From an uncultured Treponema sp. (lineage in GTDB: Bacteria > Spirochaetota > Spirochaetia > Treponematales > Treponemataceae), in NCBI GenBank assembly GCA_964554745.1, contig CAZKPZ010000003.1:1-49387 (forward strand): a stretch of DNA of 49,387 bases. Direction: 5' to 3'. Both the position numbers and the translations under genes were made by a program. Positions 17,000-27,305 of the stretch are shown in pieces. The notes beneath the pieces were generated by a model that had not been told where the DNA came from, made no database searches, and worked only from the letters and a program-made list of their open reading frames with translations. Every line of letters starts with the position of its first letter. Position 1 is the first letter of the stretch.

Positions 17000-19108
17000 A
17001 TGAAAAGAAAAACAGGTGTTGTTGTTCCGCTTTCCGCATTGTACACAAAAGAGTGCCCCGCGGTCGGCGATTTTTTGGCTCTGAAGGACTTCGCCGACTT
17101 CTGCGAAAAATGCTCCCTCAGTGTAATCCAGCTTCTGCCTGTAAATGACACGGGCACACAGTCCTCTCCCTATTCGGGGCTTTCCGCTTACGCACTGCAT
17201 CCAATGTACATCCGCATCGACGCACTACCTGAGTTTGCAGAGGCCTATAAGCGCGACACTGCATTTGCAAAAGCATACAGAGCATTCAAAAAAGAATATA
17301 CGTATGCCTCACGCTTTGACTACGACAAAGTTTGCAACGAAAAAATCGCCTTGCTGCACTTGCTTTATAATTTCATACAGAAGAAATGCGCAGGCAAAGT
17401 AAAAGCCCTGGCAAAAAAAGCCACAGACAAAACTCCGGCAGAAGAAGTAAAGGCTGAACCACAGCTTACATACGAGCAGTATGCGGCAAAGTTCAACGGC
17501 GAGCTTGAAGACTTTATCCGCAAGAACAGCTGGATTGTCTATTACTCCGTGTTCAAGGACCTTAAGGATTCTGCAATGCAGGCTTCCTGGAAATCATGGC
17601 CGAACGAATTCAGAGAAATAGAAAGAAAGAAAATAGAACTCCGCTGGAACAACAAGGCTCACCGCAGCAGCCACAACTTTTTTGTCTGGTGCCAATTGCG
17701 GGCAGCCCAGCAATTCAAGGACGCTTCTGACTATGTAAAGGCAAAGGGCATTACGCTCAAGGGCGACCTGCCGATTCTGATGAATGACGACAGCGCCGAC
17801 TGTTGGGCATGGCCGGAATACTTCAACCAGGAGCAGATTGCAGGTGCGCCGCCGGACGGCGAGAATCCGCTCGGTCAGAACTGGGGCTTTCCTACATACA
17901 GCTGGAACAACATAGCGGCATCCGCATTTGACTGGTGGAGAGAACGCGTAAAGTGCGCGGCACAGTACTACGGCGCATTCAGAATTGACCACATCTTAGG
18001 CTTCTTTAGAATCTGGAGCATTGCCCGCGGAGAAAGCACCGCGTACTTAGGACACACAAACCCGTATTCCTCTTTCACACGCGCAGAACTAGAAGCACTT
18101 GACTTTGACACAGGCCGCATCCACTGGCTCTCCCAGCCGCATATTCCCACAAGCACCGTCGAAGACATCACTTGGAATCACGATGAGGCAACGGCTATTC
18201 TTTCTACGCTCTGCGAACGCGTAGGAACAGAAGAACTGTGGAACTTTAAGAAGGATATACACACTGACTCACAGATCTATGCAGCAAAGTGCAGTGATGA
18301 CGCGGACAAGGACCGCCGCATAAAAGACGCACTTGCCGCAAAGTGGCGCGACCGTGCGTTAATCGAAATTCAAGAAGACACGTTCATTCCTGTTTACTCA
18401 TATACAGCATCAACTGCATGGAAGAGCCTGAACAGCGAAGAGCAGGAAAAGCTTAAGACGCTCTTTGACAAAAACAGCGAAAAAGAAAACGAACTTTGGA
18501 AAAAACAGGCGCTAAGCACGCTTACTCCTATATGCAGGGAAACAGACATGATTCCGTGTGCAGAAGACTTGGGCGTAAACCTGCCGTGCATGGCGGAAGT
18601 ACTCAAGACTGTAGGAATCTTGAGTCTTAAGGTCGTGCGCTGGACCCGTGAATGGAGCAAAGACGGCCAGCCGTACGTTCCGTTCGACAAAATGCCGGAA
18701 ATGAGCGTCTGCACCACATCCGTGCACGACAGTCCTACGCTCCGCCAGTGGTGGAATAACGAGAAGGCTTCCGTAGAAGCGTATCTGCAAAGCGTGCAGG
18801 AGAACAAGATTACAGAGGATGCATTGCCGTCAAAAGACACAGAATTCAACGAAAACATCGCTTCGTTCTGTCTGCTCAGCAGCGCAAAGACCGGCAGCGC
18901 ATGGTTCGTGAACCCCTTGCAGGATTACCTGTTCCTGGAGCAGAAATACTACAAGGAAAATCAGGACGAAGAGCGGATTAATGTTCCCGGCAGCGTAAAC
19001 AGCTTTAACTGGACATACCGCATTCCCGTTTCCGTGGCGGACTTGCAGAAAGACAAGAGATTGATTGAGCGAATCAAGCAGGTAGCGGCCGCTCACGATA
19101 ACTGCTAG
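17000..19108 (+). CDS. malQ: 4-alpha-glucanotransferase (GH77)
   Basis: QLLPVNDT, SSPYS, KGDLPI, GAPPD, GQNWGFP, RIDHILGFFR, AEDLG, SVHDS, INVPG. Confidence 0.95.
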   Translation: MKRKTGVVVPLSALYTKECPAVGDFLALKDFADFCEKCSLSVIQLLPVNDTGTQSSPYSGLSAYALHPMYIRIDALPEFAEAYKRDTAFAKAYRAFKKEYTYASRFDYDKVCNEKIALLHLLYNFIQKKCAGKVKALAKKATDKTPAEEVKAEPQLTYEQYAAKFNGELEDFIRKNSWIVYYSVFKDLKDSAMQASWKSWPNEFREIERKKIELRWNNKAHRSSHNFFVWCQLRAAQQFKDASDYVKAKGITLKGDLPILMNDDSADCWAWPEYFNQEQIAGAPPDGENPLGQNWGFPTYSWNNIAASAFDWWRERVKCAAQYYGAFRIDHILGFFRIWSIARGESTAYLGHTNPYSSFTRAELEALDFDTGRIHWLSQPHIPTSTVEDITWNHDEATAILSTLCERVGTEELWNFKKDIHTDSQIYAAKCSDDADKDRRIKDALAAKWRDRALIEIQEDTFIPVYSYTASTAWKSLNSEEQEKLKTLFDKNSEKENELWKKQALSTLTPICRETDMIPCAEDLGVNLPCMAEVLKTVGILSLKVVRWTREWSKDGQPYVPFDKMPEMSVCTTSVHDSPTLRQWWNNEKASVEAYLQSVQENKITEDALPSKDTEFNENIASFCLLSSAKTGSAWFVNPLQDYLFLEQKYYKENQDEERINVPGSVNSFNWTYRIPVSVADLQKDKRLIERIKQVAAAHDNC

Positions 19109-19123
19109 AGGCAAAGCGTGCCG

Positions 19124-19156
19124 GCACCGGGTCGTACAAAACGCCCGGTGCTTTTT
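19124..19156 (+). terminator. Rho-independent terminator
   Basis: GCACCGGG...CCCGGTGC followed by TTTTT. Confidence 0.8.
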
Positions 19157-19222
19157 CCTCTTTAACAAAAGTTGTTTTTTTGCCATAATACGCTCTTGCT
19201 ATTATTTATTTGGAGGATATAT

Positions 19223-20332
19223 ATGAAGAGAAATCTGTTTGGTGCCGTGGCAGCACTTACAGCAATCGGACTTGCACTTACCGGATGCGGCAAGAGCAAA
19301 AACGCGACTTCAACATCAGTCGGAGCAAAAGACGCAAAGGCAGGAATCGAGCTTGCCTTGGTTACAGACAGCGGCACAATTGATGACAAGTCTTTCAACC
19401 AGGGTTCTTGGCAGGGTCTTGAAAAATATGCAAAGGACAACAACAAGACTGCAAAATACTACCAGCCGACAGAAGTTTCTGACGAATCATATCTTAGCGC
19501 AATCCAGCTTGCTGTAAAGGGCGGCGCAAAAGTTATAGTATGCCCGGGATTCAACTTTGAGACATCCGTTTGGGAAGCCCAGTCTCTTTACCCGGATGTA
19601 GACTTTATCATCTTGGACGGCGCGCCGCACAACGATGACTCAAGCGACACAACAATCGCAAAGAACACAGTTTCTATCTTCTATGCAGAGCAGCAGGCAG
19701 GATTCCTTGCCGGTTATGCAGCTGTAAAGGAAGGCAACACAAAGCTCGGCTTTATGGGCGGAGTTGCAGTTCCGGCAGTTGTACGCTACGGATACGGATT
19801 CATCCAGGGCGCTGACTATGCCGCAAAGGAATTCGGCATAAAGGACGTAAGTTGCAAAGTTACCTATGTTGGCAACTTCCAGGCCACTCCAGAGAACATG
19901 GCAAAGGCCGCTTCCTGGTACAACGAAGGCACACAGCTGATTTTCGCATGCGGCGGTGCAGTAGGAAACTCTGTCATGAAGGCTGCCGAAACAGCAGGCA
20001 GAACAGTTATCGGTGTTGACGTTGACCAGGCCTCTGAATCAGCAACAGTCATTACATCTGCAATGAAGAACCTTTCTCAGTCTGTATACGACACACTCGC
20101 CGCATACTACAACGGTTCCTTCCCGGGCGGAAAGAGCGAGACTCTTACTGCCAAAGAAAACGGAGTACAGCTGCCGATGGCTTCTTCTAAGTTCAACAAG
20201 TTCACACAGGCTGACTACGACGCGCTTTTTGCAAAGCTTGTCTCAGGCGAAATCACCGTTCTTGATGACAGTGCCGCTTCAAGCGCAGGAAAGCTCCCGA
20301 CCAGCATCGTAAAGGTTGAAGAGCTGAACTAA
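19223..20332 (+). CDS. BMP-family (PnrA/TmpC-like) nucleoside-binding lipoprotein
   Basis: GGAGG RBS, lipobox LTGC, IDDKSFNQ, GFLAGYAA, IGVDVDQ, TSAMK. Confidence 0.92.
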   Translation: MKRNLFGAVAALTAIGLALTGCGKSKNATSTSVGAKDAKAGIELALVTDSGTIDDKSFNQGSWQGLEKYAKDNNKTAKYYQPTEVSDESYLSAIQLAVKGGAKVIVCPGFNFETSVWEAQSLYPDVDFIILDGAPHNDDSSDTTIAKNTVSIFYAEQQAGFLAGYAAVKEGNTKLGFMGGVAVPAVVRYGYGFIQGADYAAKEFGIKDVSCKVTYVGNFQATPENMAKAASWYNEGTQLIFACGGAVGNSVMKAAETAGRTVIGVDVDQASESATVITSAMKNLSQSVYDTLAAYYNGSFPGGKSETLTAKENGVQLPMASSKFNKFTQADYDALFAKLVSGEITVLDDSAASSAGKLPTSIVKVEELN

Positions 20333-20356
20333 CGCCCGCTCAAAACCGCTTGTAAA

Positions 20357-20401
20357 CCGCCCCGATACGTGAAGCAAGCTTCACGAGGGGCGTTTTTTTT
20401 T
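20357..20401 (+). terminator. Rho-independent terminator
   Basis: CGCCCC..CGTGAAGC-AA-GCTTCACG.GGGGCG followed by a T run. Confidence 0.8.
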
Positions 20402-20423
20402 CCTTGCCGGTAATTCAAGCTAA

Positions 20424-20507
20424 GAGAGACCCTCTGACACCGCTATGATACACCTTTAAACATCGCTATGTTAAAGGGTCCCACATAGCGATGTTTAAAG
20501 GTCTCTC
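20424..20507. repeat. Cluster of ~23-bp repeats forming a 20-bp perfect inverted repeat
   Basis: ACCTTTAAACATCGCTATGT (20452-71) / ACATAGCGATGTTTAAAGGT (20483-502), plus a degenerate upstream copy at 20424-47. Confidence 0.8.
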
Positions 20508-20551
20508 CAAATAGGAATCCACGGGTAAAAAATCCCCGGGGGAATTTTCCC

Positions 20552-20580
20552 TTGCAGGTACTCGCGTACGGTGGTATACT
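20552..20580 (+). promoter_or_regulatory. udp promoter
   Basis: TTGCAG-17 nt-TATACT with an extended TG. Confidence 0.55.
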
Positions 20581-20605
20581 TAAAACCTTAGGAGCATACA
20601 CGATT

Positions 20606-21385
20606 ATGATTAATTATTCAGAAGACCAAAGCAAACAATACCATATACAGTGCGGCAAAGGCGATGTCGGCCGCTACGTTATCATGCCGGGCGACCCCAA
20701 GCGCTGCGAAAAGATTGCAAAATACTTTGACAATCCCAAGTTCGTTGCTGACAACCGCGAATACATAACCTACACCGGTACGCTTGAAGGCGTTCCTGTC
20801 TCTGTAACTTCCACAGGCATAGGCGGCCCAAGCTCCGCAATCGCCATGGAAGAGCTGGTAAAGTGCGGCGCAGACACCTTCATCCGCATAGGAACATGCG
20901 GAGGCATGCAGATTGACGTTAAGGGCGGCGACATTGTTATTGCAACCGGCGCAATCCGCATGGAAGGAACAAGCAAGGAATATGCTCCGATTGAATATCC
21001 GGCAGTCGCAAACCTTGACGTTGTAAACGCCCTTGTCGCAGCCGCCGGCAAGCTTGGCTTTAACTATCACACCGGAGTCGTAGAATGCAAGGACTCATTC
21101 TACGGCCAGCACTCACCGGAAGTAAAACCCGTCAGCTATGAGCTGCTCAACAAATGGCAGGCTTGGCTCAGAATGGGCTGCCTTGCTTCCGAGATGGAAA
21201 GCGCCGCCATGTTCATCATCGCACAGTTCCTGCGCGTCCGCTGCGGCTCCGTCTTCCTCGTTATGGGTAACCAGGAGCGCGCCGCACAGGGCTTGGACAA
21301 TCCTATCGTGCATGATACCGACAGTGCAATCCGCACGGCGGTAGAAGCCGTAAGAAGTCTTATAATAAAAGACAAGGCCAAGTAA
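20606..21385 (+). CDS. udp: Uridine phosphorylase
   Basis: [40 protein letters not shown]. Confidence 0.93.
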   Translation: MINYSEDQSKQYHIQCGKGDVGRYVIMPGDPKRCEKIAKYFDNPKFVADNREYITYTGTLEGVPVSVTSTGIGGPSSAIAMEELVKCGADTFIRIGTCGGMQIDVKGGDIVIATGAIRMEGTSKEYAPIEYPAVANLDVVNALVAAAGKLGFNYHTGVVECKDSFYGQHSPEVKPVSYELLNKWQAWLRMGCLASEMESAAMFIIAQFLRVRCGSVFLVMGNQERAAQGLDNPIVHDTDSAIRTAVEAVRSLIIKDKAK

Positions 21386-21386
21386 T

Positions 21387-21611
21387 ATGGGTAAAATAGC
21401 CTTTTTCCCGCTCGTTTGGTCTGTACTGAAAGACCCCAGGGTGATTTTCATTACGATTCTGATGATTCTCTTTGTTTCCATCGGTAATTACGTTGTCACT
21501 TACCGCAAGAAGGTGCATGTACCTAAACAGAAAAAGAAGACGCCGGCTCCAGCCCCGGCTCCTAAACCAGAAGAAAACAACGGAGAACAAGACGGCGAAG
21601 CTGCCGAATAA
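21387..21611 (+). CDS. Small single-pass membrane protein
   Basis: Starts 1 nt after the udp stop; TM segment then Lys/Pro/acidic tail. Confidence 0.7.
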   Translation: MGKIAFFPLVWSVLKDPRVIFITILMILFVSIGNYVVTYRKKVHVPKQKKKTPAPAPAPKPEENNGEQDGEAAE

Positions 21612-21613
21612 TG

Positions 21614-21642
21614 TTAATTTCGGGGGATTTCCCCCCGAATTA
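21614..21642 (+). terminator. Hairpin / possible terminator
   Basis: TTAATT(T)CGGGGG-ATTT-CCCCCGAATTAA. Confidence 0.55.
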
Positions 21643-21744
21643 AGGTCAAATCATAAAAAAACACAAAACTTATGAGTTTTTCTCTCACGACATTCTTTTT
21701 CAAACATGATAATATTGTATTCGAAGAGAAAAAGAGAGGAAAAT

Positions 21745-22020
21745 ATGAAGAAACTTATGAGAATCACCGTACTAAAACTTCTTTTTGTTTTCTGTGCCGC
21801 AGTGACAATCTTTGAGTTTACAAGTTGCAAAAGTAAGGTTGACAAGGCCGTTTCGCTCACAAAAGACTTCTGCACCTATATATCTATAGGCGATTATGAG
21901 AACGCCGCCTGTGTTTCCGCAAAAATCGATGCCCTCACCGAAAGCTTCAATGTACTTGAGTCATCTGAATACAATAGAAAAACTTCAGAGCTGCGGATAT
22001 TGGCCGCAGCAAACAACTAA
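21745..22020 (+). CDS. Small hypothetical lipoprotein
   Basis: GAGG RBS, MKK + hydrophobic stretch + FTSC lipobox-like motif. Confidence 0.6.
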   Translation: MKKLMRITVLKLLFVFCAAVTIFEFTSCKSKVDKAVSLTKDFCTYISIGDYENAACVSAKIDALTESFNVLESSEYNRKTSELRILAAANN

Positions 22021-22059
22021 CCAAACACAGTTCCGGCAAATTTGCCACAAAACCGCAAT

Positions 22060-22095
22060 AAAAAATCCCCGGAGCTTTTACCCGGGGATTTTTTT
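22060..22095. terminator. Bidirectional terminator
   Basis: AAAAAATCCCCGG...CCGGGGATTTTTT between convergent genes. Confidence 0.85.
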
Positions 22096-22097
22096 GT

Positions 22098-23597
22098 TTA
22101 CAGCGGAATATTTCCGTGTTTCTTGCACGGCGCGCCGGTCTCTTTCTTGTTCTCGAGGAACTCAAGACTGCGTGCCACGCACTCACGAGTCTGCTCAGGC
22201 TCGATAATTTCGCTTATGTAATCGTGCTCAGCGGCCACCTTGGGGTTCATGACCGTCTGGCGGTATTCTTCTGACTTTTCCGCAACAAAAGCTGCCTGCG
22301 CCGGGTCTTTCATCTGCTTTGCATACAGTATTTCAAGCGCTCCGTCCGCACCCATAACAGCAATCTCAGACTTAGGCCATGCATACACAAAGTCCGCGCC
22401 CAAATGCTTTGAGCACATCGCAATGTATGCACCGCCGTACGCCTTGCGCAAAATCACTGTCACCTTCGGCACAGTAGCCTCTGAATAGGCGTAAATGACC
22501 TTTGCACCATGGCGGATGATTCCCTTCTGCTCTTCATCCGGTCCCGGCAAGAAGCCCGGAACGTCCATGAAGGTAACGAGAGGAATGTTAAAGCTGTCGC
22601 AATAGCGCACAAAGCGGGCAATCTTGTCTGAAGCATCGCAGTTCATCAGTCCGCCCCATACAGACGGATTGTTTGCCACAATGCCAACAGTCTTACCCTC
22701 TATCTTTGCAAAGCCGACAACGGACATCGCGGCGAATTCTTCCATCACCTCAAAGAAAGAATCATCGTCCACAACGCAGTCAATCACGCTGCGCACATCG
22801 TAGCCCTTCTTGCTTTCTTCCGGAATAATCTCCGTGATGGCCTTTGCCTTTTTCTTGTCACTGAACTTGAACTTAGCGTCTGCAACAAGCTCCTCGCCGT
22901 AATAGTGCGGAATGTAGTCCAAGAGCTTACGAACCTTGTCGTAGCATTCGTTTTCCGTCTCGCAGCGGAAGTGCGCCACGCCGGACTTTTCTGAATGAAT
23001 TGAAGCGCCGCCCAAATCTTCCGCACTGATATCCATAGAGAGAACGCTCTTTACGACTTTAGGCCCGGTAATAAAGAGCTGACTGATTTTGTCAACCGCA
23101 AAGATAAAGTCCGTGATTCCAGGTGAATACACGGCGCCGCCGGCACAAGGACCGGCAATTATGCTGATTTGCGGCACAGTACCGCTGGCGCGCACGTTCT
23201 GATAAAAAAGATCTCCGTAACCGCACAGAGCGTCTATACCTTCCTGGATTCTCGCTCCGCCCGAATCGTTGATTCCGATGACAGGGCAGCGAGCCTCTAT
23301 CGCCTTGTCTATAAGTTCTGCAATCTTCTGACCGTGCACCTTTCCTAGCGAACCGCCTTGAACCGTAAAGTCCTGGGCGTACACGGCAACTTTCTTGCCG
23401 TTCACCTTACCGAATCCGGTGATAACACCGTCGTACGGTATGTCCTTGTCCTGCATACCAAAGTTGGTGCACTGATGGCGCGCGCGGGAATATATCTCGT
23501 GGAAACTGTCTTTATCGCAGAGGGCTGCAATGCGCTCAATAGCATGGAGCTTGCCCTTTGCGTGCTGTTTTTCAAGATTATATGTGTAGTTACCCAT
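22098..23597 (-). CDS. Acyl-CoA carboxyltransferase subunit (MmdA/PccB/12S-like)
   Basis: DGVITG, DFTVQGGSLG, DSGGARIQEG, GPCAGGAVYSP, DVPGFLPG, RKAYGGAY, KKHGNIPL. Confidence 0.93.
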   Translation of the reverse strand: MGNYTYNLEKQHAKGKLHAIERIAALCDKDSFHEIYSRARHQCTNFGMQDKDIPYDGVITGFGKVNGKKVAVYAQDFTVQGGSLGKVHGQKIAELIDKAIEARCPVIGINDSGGARIQEGIDALCGYGDLFYQNVRASGTVPQISIIAGPCAGGAVYSPGITDFIFAVDKISQLFITGPKVVKSVLSMDISAEDLGGASIHSEKSGVAHFRCETENECYDKVRKLLDYIPHYYGEELVADAKFKFSDKKKAKAITEIIPEESKKGYDVRSVIDCVVDDDSFFEVMEEFAAMSVVGFAKIEGKTVGIVANNPSVWGGLMNCDASDKIARFVRYCDSFNIPLVTFMDVPGFLPGPDEEQKGIIRHGAKVIYAYSEATVPKVTVILRKAYGGAYIAMCSKHLGADFVYAWPKSEIAVMGADGALEILYAKQMKDPAQAAFVAEKSEEYRQTVMNPKVAAEHDYISEIIEPEQTRECVARSLEFLENKKETGAPCKKHGNIPL

Positions 23598-23716
23598 AAA
23601 TCTGATACTAGCAAGAAATCAATTTCAAGTCAATGACAAATTCTGAACTTTTGTCAAAACCTTGCCAAAGGTTGAAAAAAAGCCCCAAATCCGTTACAGT
23701 AACCTTTATACGCAGA

Positions 23717-24880
23717 ATGAAGACGCAGATAAGCTTTAACAGAAAAAGACTTCTATTCCCCTTGCTTTTGATTGCAGTTGCGGCAGGATTCTGCCTTATC
23801 TGCAAAGACCTGTTCCTGGATACAAAGGCAGAACGTGTTCCCTACGCAGTTTTTTATGAAAACGTGCAGAAAGGCTCCGTCTCAAGAGTTACGCTCCAAA
23901 GCGGCAGCATAAAGTTTACGGATTCCGTTACCAATATGGCGTTCATTACCGAAAACCCAGACAGCCCTACGCTCAAAGAATTCCTGCTGCTGCACGGCGT
24001 TACCGTAAAGGAAGACAAAGATCCGTCCCAAATCATATCGCTCGCGCTTGACATTCTTTTCTACGCAATATTCTTCGGTATTATCTTTATGGCATTCCAC
24101 AAGTTCATTTCGCCGAACACATTCAAGGTAGTGCGCAACACAGGCGTGAAGTTCTCAGATATAGTCGGCATGGAAGGCCTCAAGCGGGATATGGCGCAGG
24201 TTATGGACATCATGAAGAATCCTGCCGCATACGCACAGAAAGGAATCCGCGCCCCCAAGGGCATTCTGCTGGAAGGCGCGCCGGGCAACGGCAAGACGCT
24301 GTTTGCAAAGGCGCTCGCCGGAGAGGCAAAAGTAAACTTTATCCCTGCAAAGGCGACAGACTTTGAAAGCATGTTCATGGCCATCGGCCCGATGAAAGTA
24401 AAGCTGCTCTTCCGCAAGGCCAGGCGGAGAGCACCCTGCATTGTGTTCATAGACGAATTCGACGGCATAGGAACGCGGCGTAACTATTCCGGCTCCGCAA
24501 TCGAGACGGAAAACACGCGCATTGTCACGGCGCTGTTAAACGAACTGGACGGCTTTGAACCGACACGCGGCATACTCGTGATTGCCGCGACTAACTCCGT
24601 AAAGGCGCTTGACGAAGCGCTTATCCGCCCGGGACGCTTTGATGCAAAGATTTCAGTTCCATACCCTGACGAAGCGTCGCGCGTGCGCCTTGTGGAAATG
24701 TACACCGCCGGCAAACAACGCAGCGCGGACTGCACGAACGAAGCGCTGGCAAAGCGCTTTGCCGGCTGGTCATGCGCAAAGATAGAATCCATTTTGAACA
24801 GAGCCGCTTTAATTGCGGCGCAAGAAAATAGAAACGAATTCTCCATGGCAGACATAAAAAAAGCCGAGGGAGAACTATAA
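23717..24880 (+). CDS. FtsH-like membrane AAA+ ATPase lacking the M41 protease domain
   Basis: Two TM segments around an extracytoplasmic loop, VKFSDIVG, PKGILLEGAPGNGKT, FIDEFD, LLNELDGF, ALIRPGRFD; ends before any HEXXH. Confidence 0.88.
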   Translation: MKTQISFNRKRLLFPLLLIAVAAGFCLICKDLFLDTKAERVPYAVFYENVQKGSVSRVTLQSGSIKFTDSVTNMAFITENPDSPTLKEFLLLHGVTVKEDKDPSQIISLALDILFYAIFFGIIFMAFHKFISPNTFKVVRNTGVKFSDIVGMEGLKRDMAQVMDIMKNPAAYAQKGIRAPKGILLEGAPGNGKTLFAKALAGEAKVNFIPAKATDFESMFMAIGPMKVKLLFRKARRRAPCIVFIDEFDGIGTRRNYSGSAIETENTRIVTALLNELDGFEPTRGILVIAATNSVKALDEALIRPGRFDAKISVPYPDEASRVRLVEMYTAGKQRSADCTNEALAKRFAGWSCAKIESILNRAALIAAQENRNEFSMADIKKAEGEL

Positions 24881-24890
24881 GGGAGTTACT

Positions 24891-26132
24891 ATGAAAAAAA
24901 CAACAAAACGGTTACTGGCAGCAGGAATAGGACTTGTCTGCGTGCTCGGCGCAAATGCAGCCTCCGGCGTAAAAAGGGTAAACGCGGACAAAGGCATTTT
25001 CCAGATAACAACAACCGCAGACTTCTTTGGCGACGGCGAAAAAGTCACCTCTGCAATCATCACGTACAAAAAGAAGATTGCGCCTGATTCAGTTTCCGCA
25101 GACGACTACACAGTAGAGGGCAAGACCATACAAAGCGTAGCCGTTGACGGCAAGAAAGTAACGCTCTTCTTTGACTGCTCGAACATATGGGAAAAGGAAT
25201 TCGACAGCGGAATAAAGGCAGAACGCGACTTGAACAACCGCATTCCGCTCGATGTCAAAGTGACGCAGACTGGCGAAGTCACCAGCGAAGACGGAGCCAC
25301 CATCTACGAAGCCGGCACCGCAGTTGCAAGTGCAAACGTATCTGTTCCAAAAGAATTCAAGATTTTTGACGAAAAAATCTGGAATGACAACAAGACAGAC
25401 GTTGAGATACGCTACAGCCTCTACATACCTGAAAATTACGGCGGCAAGAACTATCCGCTCGTAGTGTTCATTCCAGACGCAAGTGCAAATACGAATGTCA
25501 GCAAGACTGTGCTCACACAGGGCAACGGCGGTATCATCTGGGCAAGGCCGGAAGAGCAGGCAAAGCACGAGGCTATCGTTCTTGCAATACAGTATCCTAA
25601 ATACGCTGTTGACAAGCACGGCCCACTTGTTACTGATGACTATCAGTGGAATCAAAATCTTCAGACAATCTACAACCTTATTCAGTTCATAAAAGAAAGC
25701 TTCCGTATAGACAAAAAGCGCATTTACGGCATCGGGCAGTCACAGGGCTGCATGGCGAACATAGCAATCAGCTGCAAGTACCCCAACCTGTACAGGGCAC
25801 TGTGGCTTGTCGCCGGGCAGTGGGATGCAGACGAAATGGCAGCTCTTAAAGACAAGGATATGTGGATTGTAGTCTGCGAGGGAGACCAAAAGGCATACCC
25901 AGGAATGAACAAGGCAGTAGAAAAGTTGGAAGAGAACGGAGCCAGAGTCGCAAAAAGCCAGATGTGGAATCCGCGCTCAACTCCGGAACAGTTCGACTCT
26001 TTGGTAAAAGACATGCTCGCGCAGAACGCGAACATAAACTACACCGTCTTTGAAGGCGGCAACCACATGTACACATGGTCAGTAGCCTACAACATAGACG
26101 GCATACGTGACTGGCTGTTCAGCCAGAAATAG
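24891..26132 (+). CDS. Secreted alpha/beta-hydrolase (esterase) with N-terminal Ig-like domain
   Basis: Signal peptide; YPLVVFI, IDKKRIYGIGQSQG nucleophile elbow, GDQKA, NHMYTW, IRDWLFSQ. Confidence 0.82.
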   Translation: MKKTTKRLLAAGIGLVCVLGANAASGVKRVNADKGIFQITTTADFFGDGEKVTSAIITYKKKIAPDSVSADDYTVEGKTIQSVAVDGKKVTLFFDCSNIWEKEFDSGIKAERDLNNRIPLDVKVTQTGEVTSEDGATIYEAGTAVASANVSVPKEFKIFDEKIWNDNKTDVEIRYSLYIPENYGGKNYPLVVFIPDASANTNVSKTVLTQGNGGIIWARPEEQAKHEAIVLAIQYPKYAVDKHGPLVTDDYQWNQNLQTIYNLIQFIKESFRIDKKRIYGIGQSQGCMANIAISCKYPNLYRALWLVAGQWDADEMAALKDKDMWIVVCEGDQKAYPGMNKAVEKLEENGARVAKSQMWNPRSTPEQFDSLVKDMLAQNANINYTVFEGGNHMYTWSVAYNIDGIRDWLFSQK

Positions 26133-26143
26133 CAGACGCGAGT

Positions 26144-27304
26144 CTAAAGCGAAACGCCGCCGTACTTGGCGGCCTCGCGCCGCATGGACTCAATTCGCGC
26201 GGCAAGCTCCTTGGGAAGCTGCACCTTGGGCGCGCGCGGGTCAAGCAGCCACGTTGCGGCTTCGTGCGTGTCGCTCACGCGGAACATAGGCGGCTCAAGA
26301 CGGTCGTCAATGTTAAGCGCGTAGATGTTGCGCGGCGCAAACGAATCGCCAGGCACCGGGTGCAAGAGGTTCGGCGGAGAGCCTGGAATGGTGTAAAGCC
26401 GGCTCTCGTTGCCGGTAAGGTTGTTTTCCGTGTCCAAGTCCGGCATAGAAGAAAGCAGCCCCCAGGTATACGGATGGCGCGGGTCAAAGAAAATCTCGTC
26501 TGCTTTTCCGCGCTCCACAATCTTTCCTGCATACATCACGTTTATATAGTCTGCAATGCGCGCGACAACGCCAAAGTTGTGCGTTATGAATATTACAGAC
26601 AAATTCCTTTCACGCTGAATCTTACGTATAAGGTCAATAATCTTTGCCTGAATCGTAACGTCAAGCGCCGTAGTCGGCTCGTCGCAAATCAGCAGTTCCG
26701 GGTTGCAGGCAAGGGCAATCGCAATGACCACGCGCTGGCGCATACCGCCTGAAAGCTGGTGCGGAAAGTTCTTCATGCGGTTCTTGGCATCCGTAATGCC
26801 GACTTCGTTCAAAAGATGCATCGCCTTTACATAGGCTTCCTGCTTTGACAGGTGATTATGGTACAGCATGCCTTCCATAATCTGCTTGCCGATGTTCATA
26901 GTAGGGTCAAGGCTGGTCATCGGGTCCTGAAAGACCATGGCGATTCTGCGTCCGTTTATCTGTGTGCGGATTTCCTTTTGACTCATCGAAAGAATGTCAT
27001 AGTCCTTCTCGTGCCCGCCCTCTGGCTTTGAGCGGTAGACAATGCTGCCAGAGTTCACGATTGAGTTCTTTGCAAGGATTCCCATAACGGCCTTTGTGGT
27101 AACGGACTTGCCGGAACCGCTTTCGCCGACAATAGCGACAGCCTGCCCGCGAATCAGCTCCAGGTCAACGCCGCGTATTGCGTTCACCAAGCCCGCAGTC
27201 GTCTTAAAAGAAATAGAAAGGTTCTTTACAGAAAGAATTATATCCTTTTCGCCGTCTTCATTTACTCCGGTAAAACCGCCGCCGTTCAGCTGTTCGTCAC
27301 TCAT
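26144..27304 (-). CDS. oppD: Oligopeptide ABC transporter ATPase
   Basis: [48 protein letters not shown]. Confidence 0.93.
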   Translation of the reverse strand: MSDEQLNGGGFTGVNEDGEKDIILSVKNLSISFKTTAGLVNAIRGVDLELIRGQAVAIVGESGSGKSVTTKAVMGILAKNSIVNSGSIVYRSKPEGGHEKDYDILSMSQKEIRTQINGRRIAMVFQDPMTSLDPTMNIGKQIMEGMLYHNHLSKQEAYVKAMHLLNEVGITDAKNRMKNFPHQLSGGMRQRVVIAIALACNPELLICDEPTTALDVTIQAKIIDLIRKIQRERNLSVIFITHNFGVVARIADYINVMYAGKIVERGKADEIFFDPRHPYTWGLLSSMPDLDTENNLTGNESRLYTIPGSPPNLLHPVPGDSFAPRNIYALNIDDRLEPPMFRVSDTHEAATWLLDPRAPKVQLPKELAARIESMRREAAKYGGVSL

Positions 27305-27305
27305 C

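Noticed and set aside
23717-24880. Annotating as ftsH or as a frameshifted ftsH
   Set aside because: No HEXXH domain follows; the next gene starts 10 nt later with its own RBS
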